Part shown: positions 9,585 to 18,066 of the stretch, piece after piece | Numbering within the stretch: position 1 is the stretch's first letter | Layout of the letters: each line of letters starts with the position of its first letter | Assembly (NCBI RefSeq): GCF_001306055.1 | Contig: NZ_LGHJ01000010.1 | Coordinates: 1 to 32,000 of the forward strand | Source: Bellilinea caldifistulae | GTDB lineage: Bacteria > Chloroflexota > Anaerolineae > Anaerolineales > Anaerolineaceae | Direction of reading: 5' to 3' | Length of the DNA stretch: 32,000 bases | Position numbers and translations under genes: made by a program | Notes under the pieces: model-generated | Told to the model about the DNA's origin: nothing | Database searches by the model: none | The model's input: the letters and a program-made list of their open reading frames with translations, nothing else

Positions 9585-10114
9585 TGTTTATGATAGGAAA
9601 AACAGGTTTATTGCGGCGTTTGGCATGGCTGGTGGTACTGACGGGCATTCTGATAGCGGTTGCAGTTGAGCCGGTTTCGGCTCAGCAGCCCACCCCCTCG
9701 GATGACGATGTTAACCGGGTTGCAAAGCAAATGTACTGCCCGGTTTGTGAAAATATTCCGCTGGATGTTTGCCCGACCCAGGCCTGCGCTCAATGGCGTG
9801 AGCTGATCCGCCTGAAGCTTTCCGAAGGGTTGACGGATGAAGAGATTCGCCAGTACTTTGCCGAACAATACGGCGACCGCGTGCTGGATGTTCCCCCGGC
9901 GCGGGGCTTGAACTGGCTGGTGTATGTGCTGCCACCTTTGTTCATCGCAGGCGGGGTGTGGATTGTGGCACGGGTTTTCCGTTCAATGGTCAAACCGTCG
10001 GCAGAAAATGCGGGGGCTTCCCTCGAAACCACACCCACACCGAGCGTTGCTGAAGACCCGTATGTGGCAAAAATTGAAGAAGAGCTGCGCCGGCGCGAGC
10101 GCGAAGGCGGATGA
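9584..10114 (+). CDS. ccmH: Cytochrome c-type biogenesis protein CcmH/CycL
   Basis: Signal/anchor sequence followed by MYCPVCENIPLDVC...LSEGLTDEEIRQYFAEQYGDRVLDVPP, which aligns to LRCxxCQN...G.S..EI...M..RYG.FV.Y.PP of CcmH, then a C-terminal TM. The start (TTG 9581, ATG 9584 or ATG 9590) overlaps the ccmF stop. Confidence 0.85.
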   Translation: MFMIGKTGLLRRLAWLVVLTGILIAVAVEPVSAQQPTPSDDDVNRVAKQMYCPVCENIPLDVCPTQACAQWRELIRLKLSEGLTDEEIRQYFAEQYGDRVLDVPPARGLNWLVYVLPPLFIAGGVWIVARVFRSMVKPSAENAGASLETTPTPSVAEDPYVAKIEEELRRREREGG

Positions 10115-10152
10115 GCATTTCCCTTCGAGGGATGAGATGAGGAGAAGCTTGA

Positions 10153-10719
10153 ATGGTTGAGGAGCGTATCAACAACGCAGAGAAAACGAATCGCCAGACC
10201 TTGCCGCGCTGGGTCGTTGGTCTGGTGTTCGCAGTTTTGATCGGCTTTCTGGTGCTGATCGGCTTGGGTTTACGCCGTACTCAGGAAGGCCCCATCGTCA
10301 TTGGTCAGAAAGTGCCTTATTTTGAATTGAAGACCTTTGATGGAGAAGTCTATCACACTCAGCAAATGCAGGGTAAAGTGATTGTGGTTAATTTTTGGGC
10401 TTCGTGGTGTAAACCCTGCGAGCAGGAAGCCTTTGAGCTGGAAGAAGCCTGGCAATTCTACAAACCGCGCGGTGATGTGGTTTTTTTAGGTGTGGATTAC
10501 GTAGATACCGAACCCGAAGCCAAAGCCTTCATTCAGCAATTTGGGCTGACTTACCCCAATGGCCCAGATTTACGCACACGCATTTCGCAGATGTTCCGGA
10601 TTCAGGGCGTGCCTGAAACCTACATCATTGACCGTGAAGGCCGGTTGGCGTTCGTCAAAAAAGGGCCATTCCTGTCCGTGACCGAAATTCGCGGCGCAGT
10701 TGACCCGCTGCTGCCATAA
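10153..10719 (+). CDS. ccmG: Thiol:disulfide oxidoreductase CcmG/DsbE (TlpA/ResA family)
   Basis: N-terminal TM, thioredoxin motif FWASWCKPCEQE and GVPETYIIDREGRL, matching the DsbE/CcmG GxPETFxID motif. SD GAGGAG is present. Confidence 0.85.
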   Translation: MVEERINNAEKTNRQTLPRWVVGLVFAVLIGFLVLIGLGLRRTQEGPIVIGQKVPYFELKTFDGEVYHTQQMQGKVIVVNFWASWCKPCEQEAFELEEAWQFYKPRGDVVFLGVDYVDTEPEAKAFIQQFGLTYPNGPDLRTRISQMFRIQGVPETYIIDREGRLAFVKKGPFLSVTEIRGAVDPLLP

Positions 10720-10745
10720 ACTTTGATGCGAGGAGAAACAATTTC

Positions 10746-11291
10746 ATGGATGTAGGCTCTGTTCTGCTAATCCTTGCGCTGGCGTTGCTGGTAGGAATGA
10801 TTTTGACACAGCCTTTTATGCGAATCAAGGAAACCGAAAAATTGATTCAGGAGCGTAAAACTTCTCAGGAAAAAGATCATCTCCGTTCTGCACTGCTTGC
10901 CGAGCAGGAACGGGTTCTTTCTGCTTTGCAGGAATTGGAATTTGATTACACGTTGGGGAAAATTCCTGCTGAAGATTACCCCCACGAACGGGCGGCTTTG
11001 CTAAAGCACGGCGCGGATATCCTCCGTCAACTGGATGCCTTGCAGCCGACCAACGGCAGGCAAAAAACGGCGGAGGAACGGATTGAAGCGGCGGTGGCTG
11101 CGCGGCGGGCGGATGCTGCCGGCGGTCGCCCGGTTGTGGCTGCCAATCTGGACGAAGTTGAACTGGCCATTCTGGAACGCAAGCGGCAGCAGCAGGCTCG
11201 TCCGGCGGGCTTTTGTCCGAAATGCGGCAATCCGGTGACCGAACTAGACCGCTTTTGCTCGCGGTGCGGAAATCCTGTTGAAAAATCATAG
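10746..11291 (+). CDS. Single-pass membrane protein with SHOCT/CcmI-like helical motif and C-terminal zinc ribbon (uncharacterised)
   Basis: N-terminal TM (VLLILALALLVGMILT) followed by basic residues. Then LQELEFDYTLGKIPAEDYPHERAALL and a C-terminal CPKCGNPVTELDRFCSRCGNPV (CxxC-x10-CxxC). SD GAGGAG is present. Function unknown. Confidence 0.7.
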   Translation: MDVGSVLLILALALLVGMILTQPFMRIKETEKLIQERKTSQEKDHLRSALLAEQERVLSALQELEFDYTLGKIPAEDYPHERAALLKHGADILRQLDALQPTNGRQKTAEERIEAAVAARRADAAGGRPVVAANLDEVELAILERKRQQQARPAGFCPKCGNPVTELDRFCSRCGNPVEKS

Positions 11292-11305
11292 AAGAATGGA
11301 AGAGC

Positions 11306-13171
11306 ATGTTTCGAAATCGGCATTTTAACTACTTGCGGACTACACTTGTTTGGGTAGTTTGGGCGGTTTTAAGCGGTTGTTCCGTTTCACTGGCAGCCGA
11401 TGTTACCCCGCCGCCCAACGCCCAGTCCTTTGTGGCTCAACAACCATCAGCCACCAGTGAGGTGCTGTATCCCACAATTCCGCCTGATCCCCAGCGTGGC
11501 GCTCAAATTTACGCCGAGAAATGCGCCGCCTGTCACGGTGAACGCGGTATGGGGGACGGTCCGCAGGCCTCTCAATTGACCGTACCGGTTCCGCCGCTGG
11601 GAGATTTATCGCTGGCACAGGGCGCCAGACCGGTGGAATGGTACCAGATTGTGACCAACGGTAACATTGAGCGGTTCATGCCGCCCTTCCGTTCACTGGA
11701 TGAACGGCAGCGCTGGGATGTGGTTGCCTACGCGTTGAGTCTTTCCCTCAGTGATGATTTACTGACGCAAGGGGCTGAGCTGTACCAGCAAAAGTGCCAG
11801 AATTGTCACGGTGCGAAAGGGCAGGGCAGTGCGCAGGCGCCCGGCTGGCAGGAAGATACTTCCCGGCTGGCTTCCCTTTCGCTGGCTGAAATGAGCAGTG
11901 TCATCCGGGGTGGAAAAGGCAACATGCCCGCTTATGGAGGCGAATTTACCGACTCCCAGATTCTGGCGCTGGCAGCCTTCTCCCGCACGCTGAGTTTTGA
12001 AAGTTCCCTCTCCGTTCAAAGCCCTGCCCTTGACCAGATCGCCCCTGGGACGGCTGACCAAAATCAAAGCGAACCGTCTCAAGCGGGGGCTGAGTTGCGG
12101 CTTGCCATTCAAGGGAAGGTGATCAACGGTTCAGGCGGCACACTGCCGCCCGGTCTGACCGCCGAGCTGGCCGGTTATGACGGCATGGTTCAGGTATACG
12201 GGGCAGAAGCTGAGGTGGCGGCAGACGGCACATACACATTCCCAGATGTGGAAATTGTTCCCGGCCGCGCCTTTATCGTATCGGTCAATTATCAGGGTTT
12301 TACCTTCAATTCGGATGTGTTTCATAATCTTGGCGAACCGCTGAGCAATCCGATCGAATTGCCGGTAACGGTCTATGACACCACGACGGATAGTTCCGCA
12401 TTGCGGGTAGATCGCCTGCATGTTTTCTTTGATTTCACCAATCCCGATGCGATTCAGGTGGCGGAGTTGTTCTTATTGAACAATACCGGCAGCAAGGTCA
12501 TCAGCGGTCAGGCCCCCGGACAACCGGTGATTGAGTTTGAATTGCCGGAAGGTGCGTCCAATCTGCAATTCCAGAGCGGGGCGGTTGGCGGACGATTTGT
12601 GATGACCGAAAAGGGTTTTGCCGATACTCAGCCGATTCCGCCGGGTTCCGGCAGCCAGATTTTGTTTGCCTACGATCTGCCGCTCTCTCGCCGGACAACC
12701 GTGCGAATCCCGATCAATCTACCGGTGGATGCGGCTATCGTCATGATTCCACAGGGCAGTATGACTCTGCAAAGCAGTCAATTACAGCCGATGGGGCAGC
12801 GTCAGATTCAAGGGGTCACACTGGACCTGTATAGTACGACCGATTTACAGGCCGGCAGTACCCTGGAAATGACCCTCAGCGGGCGCATGAGCAGCCCGAT
12901 CAATCTGCAAACCGGACAGACCGGGGCTTTGATCGCCGGTGCGCTGGCGCTGGTTTTGGTGGCAGGCGGGGGAGCCTACTGGTACCTGCGTCAACAGAAA
13001 TCGGCCTCTCCGTCCGAAGAACAGCCGCCGGTTGAGGGCGAAAGCCGTGAAGCTTTGATGGATGCCATCATCGCGCTGGATGACCTGTATAAAGCCGGTC
13101 AGTTGAGCGAAGAATCGTACCAGCAGCGGCGCAGCGAGCTGAAAGAGCGCCTGCGTGCTTTGATGGATTGA
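11306..13171 (+). CDS. Membrane-anchored diheme c-type cytochrome (lipoprotein signal, 2 x CxxCH, beta-rich domain, C-terminal TM and SHOCT-like tail)
   Basis: Lipobox LSGC (Cys25). Heme motifs are CAACH (nt 11522-11536) and CQNCH (nt 11795-11809), with downstream Met ligand contexts ERFMPPF and GKGNMPAYG. A CarboxypepD_reg-like stretch (IQGKVINGSGG...DGTYTFPDVEIVPG) follows, then TM ALIAGALALVLVAGGGAYWYL and the tail LDDLYKAGQLSEESYQQRRSELKERL. Confidence 0.75.
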   Translation: MFRNRHFNYLRTTLVWVVWAVLSGCSVSLAADVTPPPNAQSFVAQQPSATSEVLYPTIPPDPQRGAQIYAEKCAACHGERGMGDGPQASQLTVPVPPLGDLSLAQGARPVEWYQIVTNGNIERFMPPFRSLDERQRWDVVAYALSLSLSDDLLTQGAELYQQKCQNCHGAKGQGSAQAPGWQEDTSRLASLSLAEMSSVIRGGKGNMPAYGGEFTDSQILALAAFSRTLSFESSLSVQSPALDQIAPGTADQNQSEPSQAGAELRLAIQGKVINGSGGTLPPGLTAELAGYDGMVQVYGAEAEVAADGTYTFPDVEIVPGRAFIVSVNYQGFTFNSDVFHNLGEPLSNPIELPVTVYDTTTDSSALRVDRLHVFFDFTNPDAIQVAELFLLNNTGSKVISGQAPGQPVIEFELPEGASNLQFQSGAVGGRFVMTEKGFADTQPIPPGSGSQILFAYDLPLSRRTTVRIPINLPVDAAIVMIPQGSMTLQSSQLQPMGQRQIQGVTLDLYSTTDLQAGSTLEMTLSGRMSSPINLQTGQTGALIAGALALVLVAGGGAYWYLRQQKSASPSEEQPPVEGESREALMDAIIALDDLYKAGQLSEESYQQRRSELKERLRALMD

Positions 13172-13177
13172 AACGGG

Positions 13178-13912
13178 ATGAGTTCTTTGATCGAAGTGCG
13201 TTCGCTGGTCAAGCGGTTTGGGGCAAAAATTGTCCTGCGCCAGTTGAATTTTCACGTGGAAACCGGTGAATTTGTTGCCCTGCTTGGGCCGAACGGGGCC
13301 GGAAAGACTACCTTTTTGCGCATTCTCGCATCACTGGCGCGCCCCTCGCTTGGAGAGGTGTGGGTGGCTGGTTTCCGGCTTCCCCAGCAGGCTGCCCACG
13401 TCCGCCGCCGTTTGGGAGTTGTCAGTCATCAGCCCTTGTTGTATGGGGATTTGAGCGCCGAAGAGAACCTGCGGTTCTACGGGCGCATGTACGCGGTTAA
13501 GGACCTTGAAGCCCGCATCCACGAGGTGCTGGAACTGGTCGGTCTGGTGGCGCGCCGACGGGATCTGGTGCGCACCTTTTCGCGGGGGATGCAGCAGCGC
13601 CTGGCAATCGGGCGGGCAATTTTACACGATCCGGATGTGTTACTGCTGGATGAGCCGCATACTGGTCTGGATCAGGATGCCTGCGACATGCTGGATGGGG
13701 TGTTACGCCAGATTGCCGGTCAGGGTCGCACGGTGGTGATGACCAGTCACGACCTGGCGCGGGTAGAAGACCTTGCTTCGCGCTTTGATGTGCTGACCGG
13801 TGGGCGGATCACGGCCAGCCAGCCGGCGGACGGGCTGCCGCGCGACGGCCTGCTGGCTTTTTACCGGCAGGCACTCGAAAGCCAGCGCAGCCTGCAGGGA
13901 GCAACCCGATGA
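13178..13912 (+). CDS. ccmA: Heme exporter ABC ATPase CcmA
   Basis: Walker A GPNGAGKTT, signature FSRGMQQRL, Walker B LLLDEP. It lies directly upstream of ccmB and ccmC. Confidence 0.8.
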   Translation: MSSLIEVRSLVKRFGAKIVLRQLNFHVETGEFVALLGPNGAGKTTFLRILASLARPSLGEVWVAGFRLPQQAAHVRRRLGVVSHQPLLYGDLSAEENLRFYGRMYAVKDLEARIHEVLELVGLVARRRDLVRTFSRGMQQRLAIGRAILHDPDVLLLDEPHTGLDQDACDMLDGVLRQIAGQGRTVVMTSHDLARVEDLASRFDVLTGGRITASQPADGLPRDGLLAFYRQALESQRSLQGATR

Positions 13913-14592
13913 GCGGATTAACCCCGTTTATCAGCGCGATGAGCGCGGTCATCTGGAAGGATTTACGCGCTGAATGGCGCAGCCGCGAGGTCATTTCTGC
14001 CATGCTGGTGTTTGCACTGCTGGTGATTCTGATCTTTAACTTTGCACTGGATTTACAGCCGAATGTGCGGGCGGGCATCTCTTCTGGCGTTTTATGGGTT
14101 ACGCTGGCGTTTGCTGGAACATTGGGTTTGAATCGTTCGATGGCGGTTGAAAAAGACCGTGGCTGTCTGGATGGGCTGCTGCTCGCGCCGGTGGACCGGG
14201 CGGCGATTTATCTGGGCAAAGCTTTTGCCAACCTGCTTTTCATGCTGTTGGTGGCGTTGATCGTCCTGCCGGTTTATGGCATTTTGTACAATACCAACCT
14301 GCTCATCCCCGGTTTGCTGGTGGTGATTTTGCTGGGCAGTGAGGGGTATGTCGCCGTCGGTACACTGCTTTCGAGCATGGCGGTTCAGGCGCGCACCCGC
14401 GATATTCTTCTGCCGATTTTGCTCTTTCCGGTGGCGGTGCCGGTGGTCGTTTCGGCGGTTAAGGCTACCGGTGGCTATCTCGCCGGGTTGGGCTGGGAAG
14501 AAATCCAGCCGTGGTTTACACTGCTGGTTGTGTATGACGTCATCTTCACTTCGGTGGCGTTTATGGTGTTCGATTCGGTGGTTGAGGAGTAA
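13909..14592 (+). CDS. ccmB: Heme exporter membrane protein CcmB
   Basis: Six-TM-type protein with the CcmB-like N-terminus IWKDLRAEWRSRE and EKDRGCLDGLLLAPV. The ATG overlaps the ccmA stop (ATGA). Confidence 0.8.
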   Translation: MSGLTPFISAMSAVIWKDLRAEWRSREVISAMLVFALLVILIFNFALDLQPNVRAGISSGVLWVTLAFAGTLGLNRSMAVEKDRGCLDGLLLAPVDRAAIYLGKAFANLLFMLLVALIVLPVYGILYNTNLLIPGLLVVILLGSEGYVAVGTLLSSMAVQARTRDILLPILLFPVAVPVVVSAVKATGGYLAGLGWEEIQPWFTLLVVYDVIFTSVAFMVFDSVVEE

Positions 14593-14620
14593 TTTTAAAT
14601 AACTGTTTTGGAGGTGGAGT

Positions 14621-15319
14621 ATGCTTCAAAAACCCAAATTATTAACGGTACTGGATGTGGCTGCGATTGCTTCGTTTCTGGCAGCGACGGGATTGGTATT
14701 CTTTTATGCCCCGCTTGAACGGGTGATGGGCGCCGTCCAAAAAGTGTTTTATTTTCATGTTGCCTCCGGTTGGGTGGGGATGCTCAGTTTTGCGGTGGCG
14801 GCGGTTGTCGGCGTAATCTATCTGATACGCAAAGACCTCAAGTGGGACTCGGTGGGGGTTGCGGCGGTTGAAATTGGCATTGCTTTTACTTTGATCAATG
14901 TCGTCACCGGGGCAATCTGGGCTCGTCCAATCTGGAATACATGGTGGACGTGGGATCCGCGTCTGACAACGGCGACCATCATGGAACTGGTTTACTTTGC
15001 CTATCTGATGCTGCGTTCCGGCATTGAAGAGCCCGAACGGCGCGCCCGTTTTGGGGCAGTGTATGCGATTATCGGGTTCCTGAGCGTGCCGTTGACCTTC
15101 TTCTCGATCCGCCTGTTCCGCACCATCCATCCGGTGGTGATCGGCAGCAACGATCCAGGTGCCATGGGTGCCTTCGACATGACCCCGCGCATGACTCAGG
15201 TTTTCCTCTTCAGTCTGTTAGCCTTTACAATTGTCTATTTTGACCTGCTGTGGCACCGCATTCGGCTGGGAAAATTAGCCGAGCGTGTGGAAAGCCTGCG
15301 GCTTAAGTTACAAGCCTAA
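14621..15319 (+). CDS. ccmC: Heme exporter/handling protein CcmC
   Basis: WWD motif WARPIWNTWWTWDPRLT, polytopic, about 230 aa. SD GGAGGTGGAG is present. Confidence 0.9.
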   Translation: MLQKPKLLTVLDVAAIASFLAATGLVFFYAPLERVMGAVQKVFYFHVASGWVGMLSFAVAAVVGVIYLIRKDLKWDSVGVAAVEIGIAFTLINVVTGAIWARPIWNTWWTWDPRLTTATIMELVYFAYLMLRSGIEEPERRARFGAVYAIIGFLSVPLTFFSIRLFRTIHPVVIGSNDPGAMGAFDMTPRMTQVFLFSLLAFTIVYFDLLWHRIRLGKLAERVESLRLKLQA

Positions 15320-15331
15320 GGAAGGTGAGCA

Positions 15332-15499
15332 ATGGAACAACCCGCCAACACATTGTCTTATTTTATCGCCGGTTATGGTGTCATCTTTGGGGTGATGATT
15401 GTTTACCTCGCCAGCTTGATCATCCGCTGGCGCAATTTGAAGCAGGATGAAGCCCTGTTGAATGAACTGGATCAAAAAGAGGGTGGTTCAAAGGAGTAA
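15332..15499 (+). CDS. ccmD: Heme exporter protein CcmD (55 aa; not in the ORF track)
   Basis: My own translation is MEQPANTLSYFIAGYGVIFGVMIVYLASLIIRWRNLKQDEALLNELDQKEGGSKE. It has a single TM followed by a basic then acidic tail, SD AAGGAAGGTGA 4 nt upstream, and sits immediately after ccmC as in canonical ccmABCD operons. Confidence 0.75.
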   Translation: MEQPANTLSYFIAGYGVIFGVMIVYLASLIIRWRNLKQDEALLNELDQKEGGSKE

Positions 15500-15503
15500 A
15501 ACT

Positions 15504-15540
15504 GTCAGAGGTGCGCGAGAAAGGCGCACCTCTGACTTTT
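15504..15540. terminator. Bidirectional intrinsic terminator between ccmD (+) and trpB2 (-)
   Basis: Perfect 13-bp stem GTCAGAGGTGCGC (15504-15516) / GCGCACCTCTGAC (15524-15536) with a 7-nt loop. It is followed by TTTT on the plus strand and by AGTTTTAC on the minus strand. Confidence 0.85.
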
Positions 15541-15573
15541 CAGGGAGGAGAAGGAACGAGAAAACCGTCCAGT

Positions 15574-16953
15574 CTATGCCCCAATTTGTTCCGGCACCTG
15601 TGGCAGGCGTTCGCGGATGGATTGGATGGCTTCTTCCGGCAGCTGATAGTCTTCCAGTCGCCCGTGATTGAAGGCGTCATAAGCAGTCAGATCAAAATTA
15701 CCGTGGCCGGATAAATTGAACAGAATTACCCGCTTTTCACCCTGCTGCCTGGCAAGCAGCGCTTCATCAATGGCGGCGCGGATGGCGTGGGCCGATTCGG
15801 GGGCAGGTACAATCCCTTCATGGCGGGCAAACAACACCGCGGCTTCAAAAGTCGCCCGTTGCGGAACAGCCACCGCCTCAATCAAACCGGCATCGTAGAG
15901 GGCGCAGATGGAAGGCGCCATGCCGTGATAGCGTAAACCGCCGGCATGAATGGAAGGCGGAATGAACGAGTGACCCAGCGTGTACATTTTGACAATTGGG
16001 GCCATTTGAGCCGTATCACCGAAGTCAAAGGCGTAGATGCCGCGGGTCAGGGAAGGTGCCGCAGTGGGTTCGACTGCCAGCAGGCGGGTGCGCTGCCCGT
16101 TGCGCAGGTTTTCGCGCAGGAAGGGGTAGGCGATCCCGCCAAAGTTCGACCCGCCGCCCACACAGCCGATTACCACATCTGGGTATTCTCCGGCCATATC
16201 CATCTGTTTGAGGGCTTCTTCACCGATGACGGTCTGGTGGAGCAAAACATGATTAAGTACTGAACCGAGCGAGTACTTCTTTGTCCCGTTGGAGGTTGCC
16301 GCCACTTCGACTGCCTCGGAAATGGCGATGCCGAGTGAACCGGGGCTGTCAGGGTCTTGTGCCAGTATGGCGCGGCCGGCCTGGGTCAGATTGGTGGGGG
16401 AGGCGAAAACTTTGGCGCCAAAGGTTTCCATCAGAAAGCGGCGGTAAGGTTTTTGATTGTAGGAAACCTTGACCATGTACACTTCCAGTTCCATATCAAA
16501 AAAGGCACATGCCATTGAAAGGGCTGACCCCCACTGCCCGGCCCCTGTTTCGGTGGTGAGGGCTTTGGTGCCGGCTGCTTTGTTGTAAAACGCCTGAGCC
16601 AGAGCGGTGTTGGACTTGTGGCTGCCGGATGGGGAGGCGCCTTCGTATTTGTAGTAAATGTGGGCGGGTGTGCCAAGCGCTTTTTCCAGCCGGCGGGCGC
16701 GGATCAGGGGAGTGGGGCGGTAAAGTTTGTAGGCTTCCCGCACTTCTTCGGGAATTTCGATATACCGCTCGGTGCTGACTTCTTGCAGGATTAAGTCCAT
16801 CGGGAACAACGCGCTGAGAAAATCGGGTGTGACCGGTTCTTTGGTTACCGGGTGCAGCACCGGCGGCAGACTCACCGGGCTGTCGGCCAGCACGTTGTAC
16901 CAGTAGCGCGGCAGGTCACTTTCATTGAGCAGGTAACGGGTTGATTCAGACAT
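15574..16953 (-). CDS. trpB2: TrpB2-type tryptophan synthase beta-like PLP enzyme
   Basis: 459 aa, the long TrpB2 class. PLP-lysine context [13 protein letters not shown], then [11 protein letters not shown] and SGHG motifs. SD AAGGAGG is present. It lies 36 nt downstream of trpS with no terminator between. Confidence 0.85.
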   Translation of the reverse strand: MSESTRYLLNESDLPRYWYNVLADSPVSLPPVLHPVTKEPVTPDFLSALFPMDLILQEVSTERYIEIPEEVREAYKLYRPTPLIRARRLEKALGTPAHIYYKYEGASPSGSHKSNTALAQAFYNKAAGTKALTTETGAGQWGSALSMACAFFDMELEVYMVKVSYNQKPYRRFLMETFGAKVFASPTNLTQAGRAILAQDPDSPGSLGIAISEAVEVAATSNGTKKYSLGSVLNHVLLHQTVIGEEALKQMDMAGEYPDVVIGCVGGGSNFGGIAYPFLRENLRNGQRTRLLAVEPTAAPSLTRGIYAFDFGDTAQMAPIVKMYTLGHSFIPPSIHAGGLRYHGMAPSICALYDAGLIEAVAVPQRATFEAAVLFARHEGIVPAPESAHAIRAAIDEALLARQQGEKRVILFNLSGHGNFDLTAYDAFNHGRLEDYQLPEEAIQSIRERLPQVPEQIGA

Positions 16954-16989
16954 GGTTAAACCTCCTTGTGTGGTTAGATTAGGTGGAAA

Positions 16990-18039
16990 TTAGCAAAAAG
17001 CCCCGGCAGACGGGCTACTTTGCCCGTTTTCGGGCTGCAACGCCAGCCCAAGGGTCAGCCCCATGGCGGTCAACACCTCTTCGAGAGTTTGGCGGGCAAT
17101 TTGCCGGGCGCGGTTGCTGCCGTGATATAGAATCTCACGCAGATAGGCTGGTTGGGAGATGAAGCGGGCGCGCTGTTCGCGCAGGGGTTGCAGGCTCTGA
17201 TTGAGTTTCTTTGCCAGATATTGCTTGATTTCGACATCGCCAACTTTACCCTGGCGGTAGCGGTTTTTATACTCCTCGATTTGTTCGCGGTCGGGGTCAA
17301 ACTGTTCCAGATAGATGAACAGGGGGTTGCCCTCGACCCGACCCGGATCGGTTGGGTGAATCCGATGGGGGTCTGTGAACAGGTTCATCACTTTGCGGGT
17401 GGTTTCTTCTTCGGAATCACGCAAGAAGATGGCGTTCCCGTATGAGGTGTGCATGGTGCGATTATCCAGGCCCGGCAGGCGCGGCATGGTGGAAAGAAGG
17501 GCTTGGGGTTCGGGGAATAAATCCCCATACAGGCTGTTGAAACGGTGGGCAATCTCACGAGTCAGTTCGATGTGCGGCAGTTGATCCTCGCCAACCGGTA
17601 CGACCGAGGCTTTGTAGAGCAGAATGTCAGCTGCCTGTAAAACGGGGTAGGTCAGCAGGCCAAGTGAGGGTTGAATGCCAAGTTGTTTGACCTGCTCTTT
17701 GTACGTTGGAACACGGTGCAGGCGAGATTCACTGACCAGCATGCTCAACAGCAGAGCTAACTGACTGTGCTCCGGCACGGCCGATTGCAGCACAAGCGTA
17801 CTGCGTTCGGGGTCAATGCCGGCGGCCAGCCAGTCGGCTACAACTTCGAGGGTGTTGGCGCGAATTCGTTCGGGATTCTGGTAATCGGTGGTCAGGACAT
17901 GCAAATCGGCCACGAGGAAGAAGCATTCATGGCTGTCTTGTAAGCGCACCCAATTCCGAAGGGTGCCAACCAGATGCCCAAGGTGACGCGGGCCGGTGGG
18001 ACGGTGTCCGGTAAGAATCCGCTGGGTTTTAACGGTCAT
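16990..18039 (-). CDS. trpS: Tryptophan--tRNA ligase
   Basis: ILTGHRPTGPRHLGHLVG (HIGH region) and VLQAADILLYKASVVPVGEDQLPHIELTREIAHRFN, a TrpRS-specific block. SD AAGGAGG is present, and the gene is preceded by a UGG T-box. The KMSKS position reads TMHTS. Confidence 0.9.
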   Translation of the reverse strand: MTVKTQRILTGHRPTGPRHLGHLVGTLRNWVRLQDSHECFFLVADLHVLTTDYQNPERIRANTLEVVADWLAAGIDPERSTLVLQSAVPEHSQLALLLSMLVSESRLHRVPTYKEQVKQLGIQPSLGLLTYPVLQAADILLYKASVVPVGEDQLPHIELTREIAHRFNSLYGDLFPEPQALLSTMPRLPGLDNRTMHTSYGNAIFLRDSEEETTRKVMNLFTDPHRIHPTDPGRVEGNPLFIYLEQFDPDREQIEEYKNRYRQGKVGDVEIKQYLAKKLNQSLQPLREQRARFISQPAYLREILYHGSNRARQIARQTLEEVLTAMGLTLGLALQPENGQSSPSAGAFC

Positions 18040-18066
18040 CTTTTCAACCTCCTTACTTCTCGACTT

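Noticed and set aside
15462-15714. Plus-strand ORFs 15462-15671 and 15511-15714
   Set aside because: They run through the bidirectional terminator hairpin and antisense into trpB2, so they are not plausible genes.
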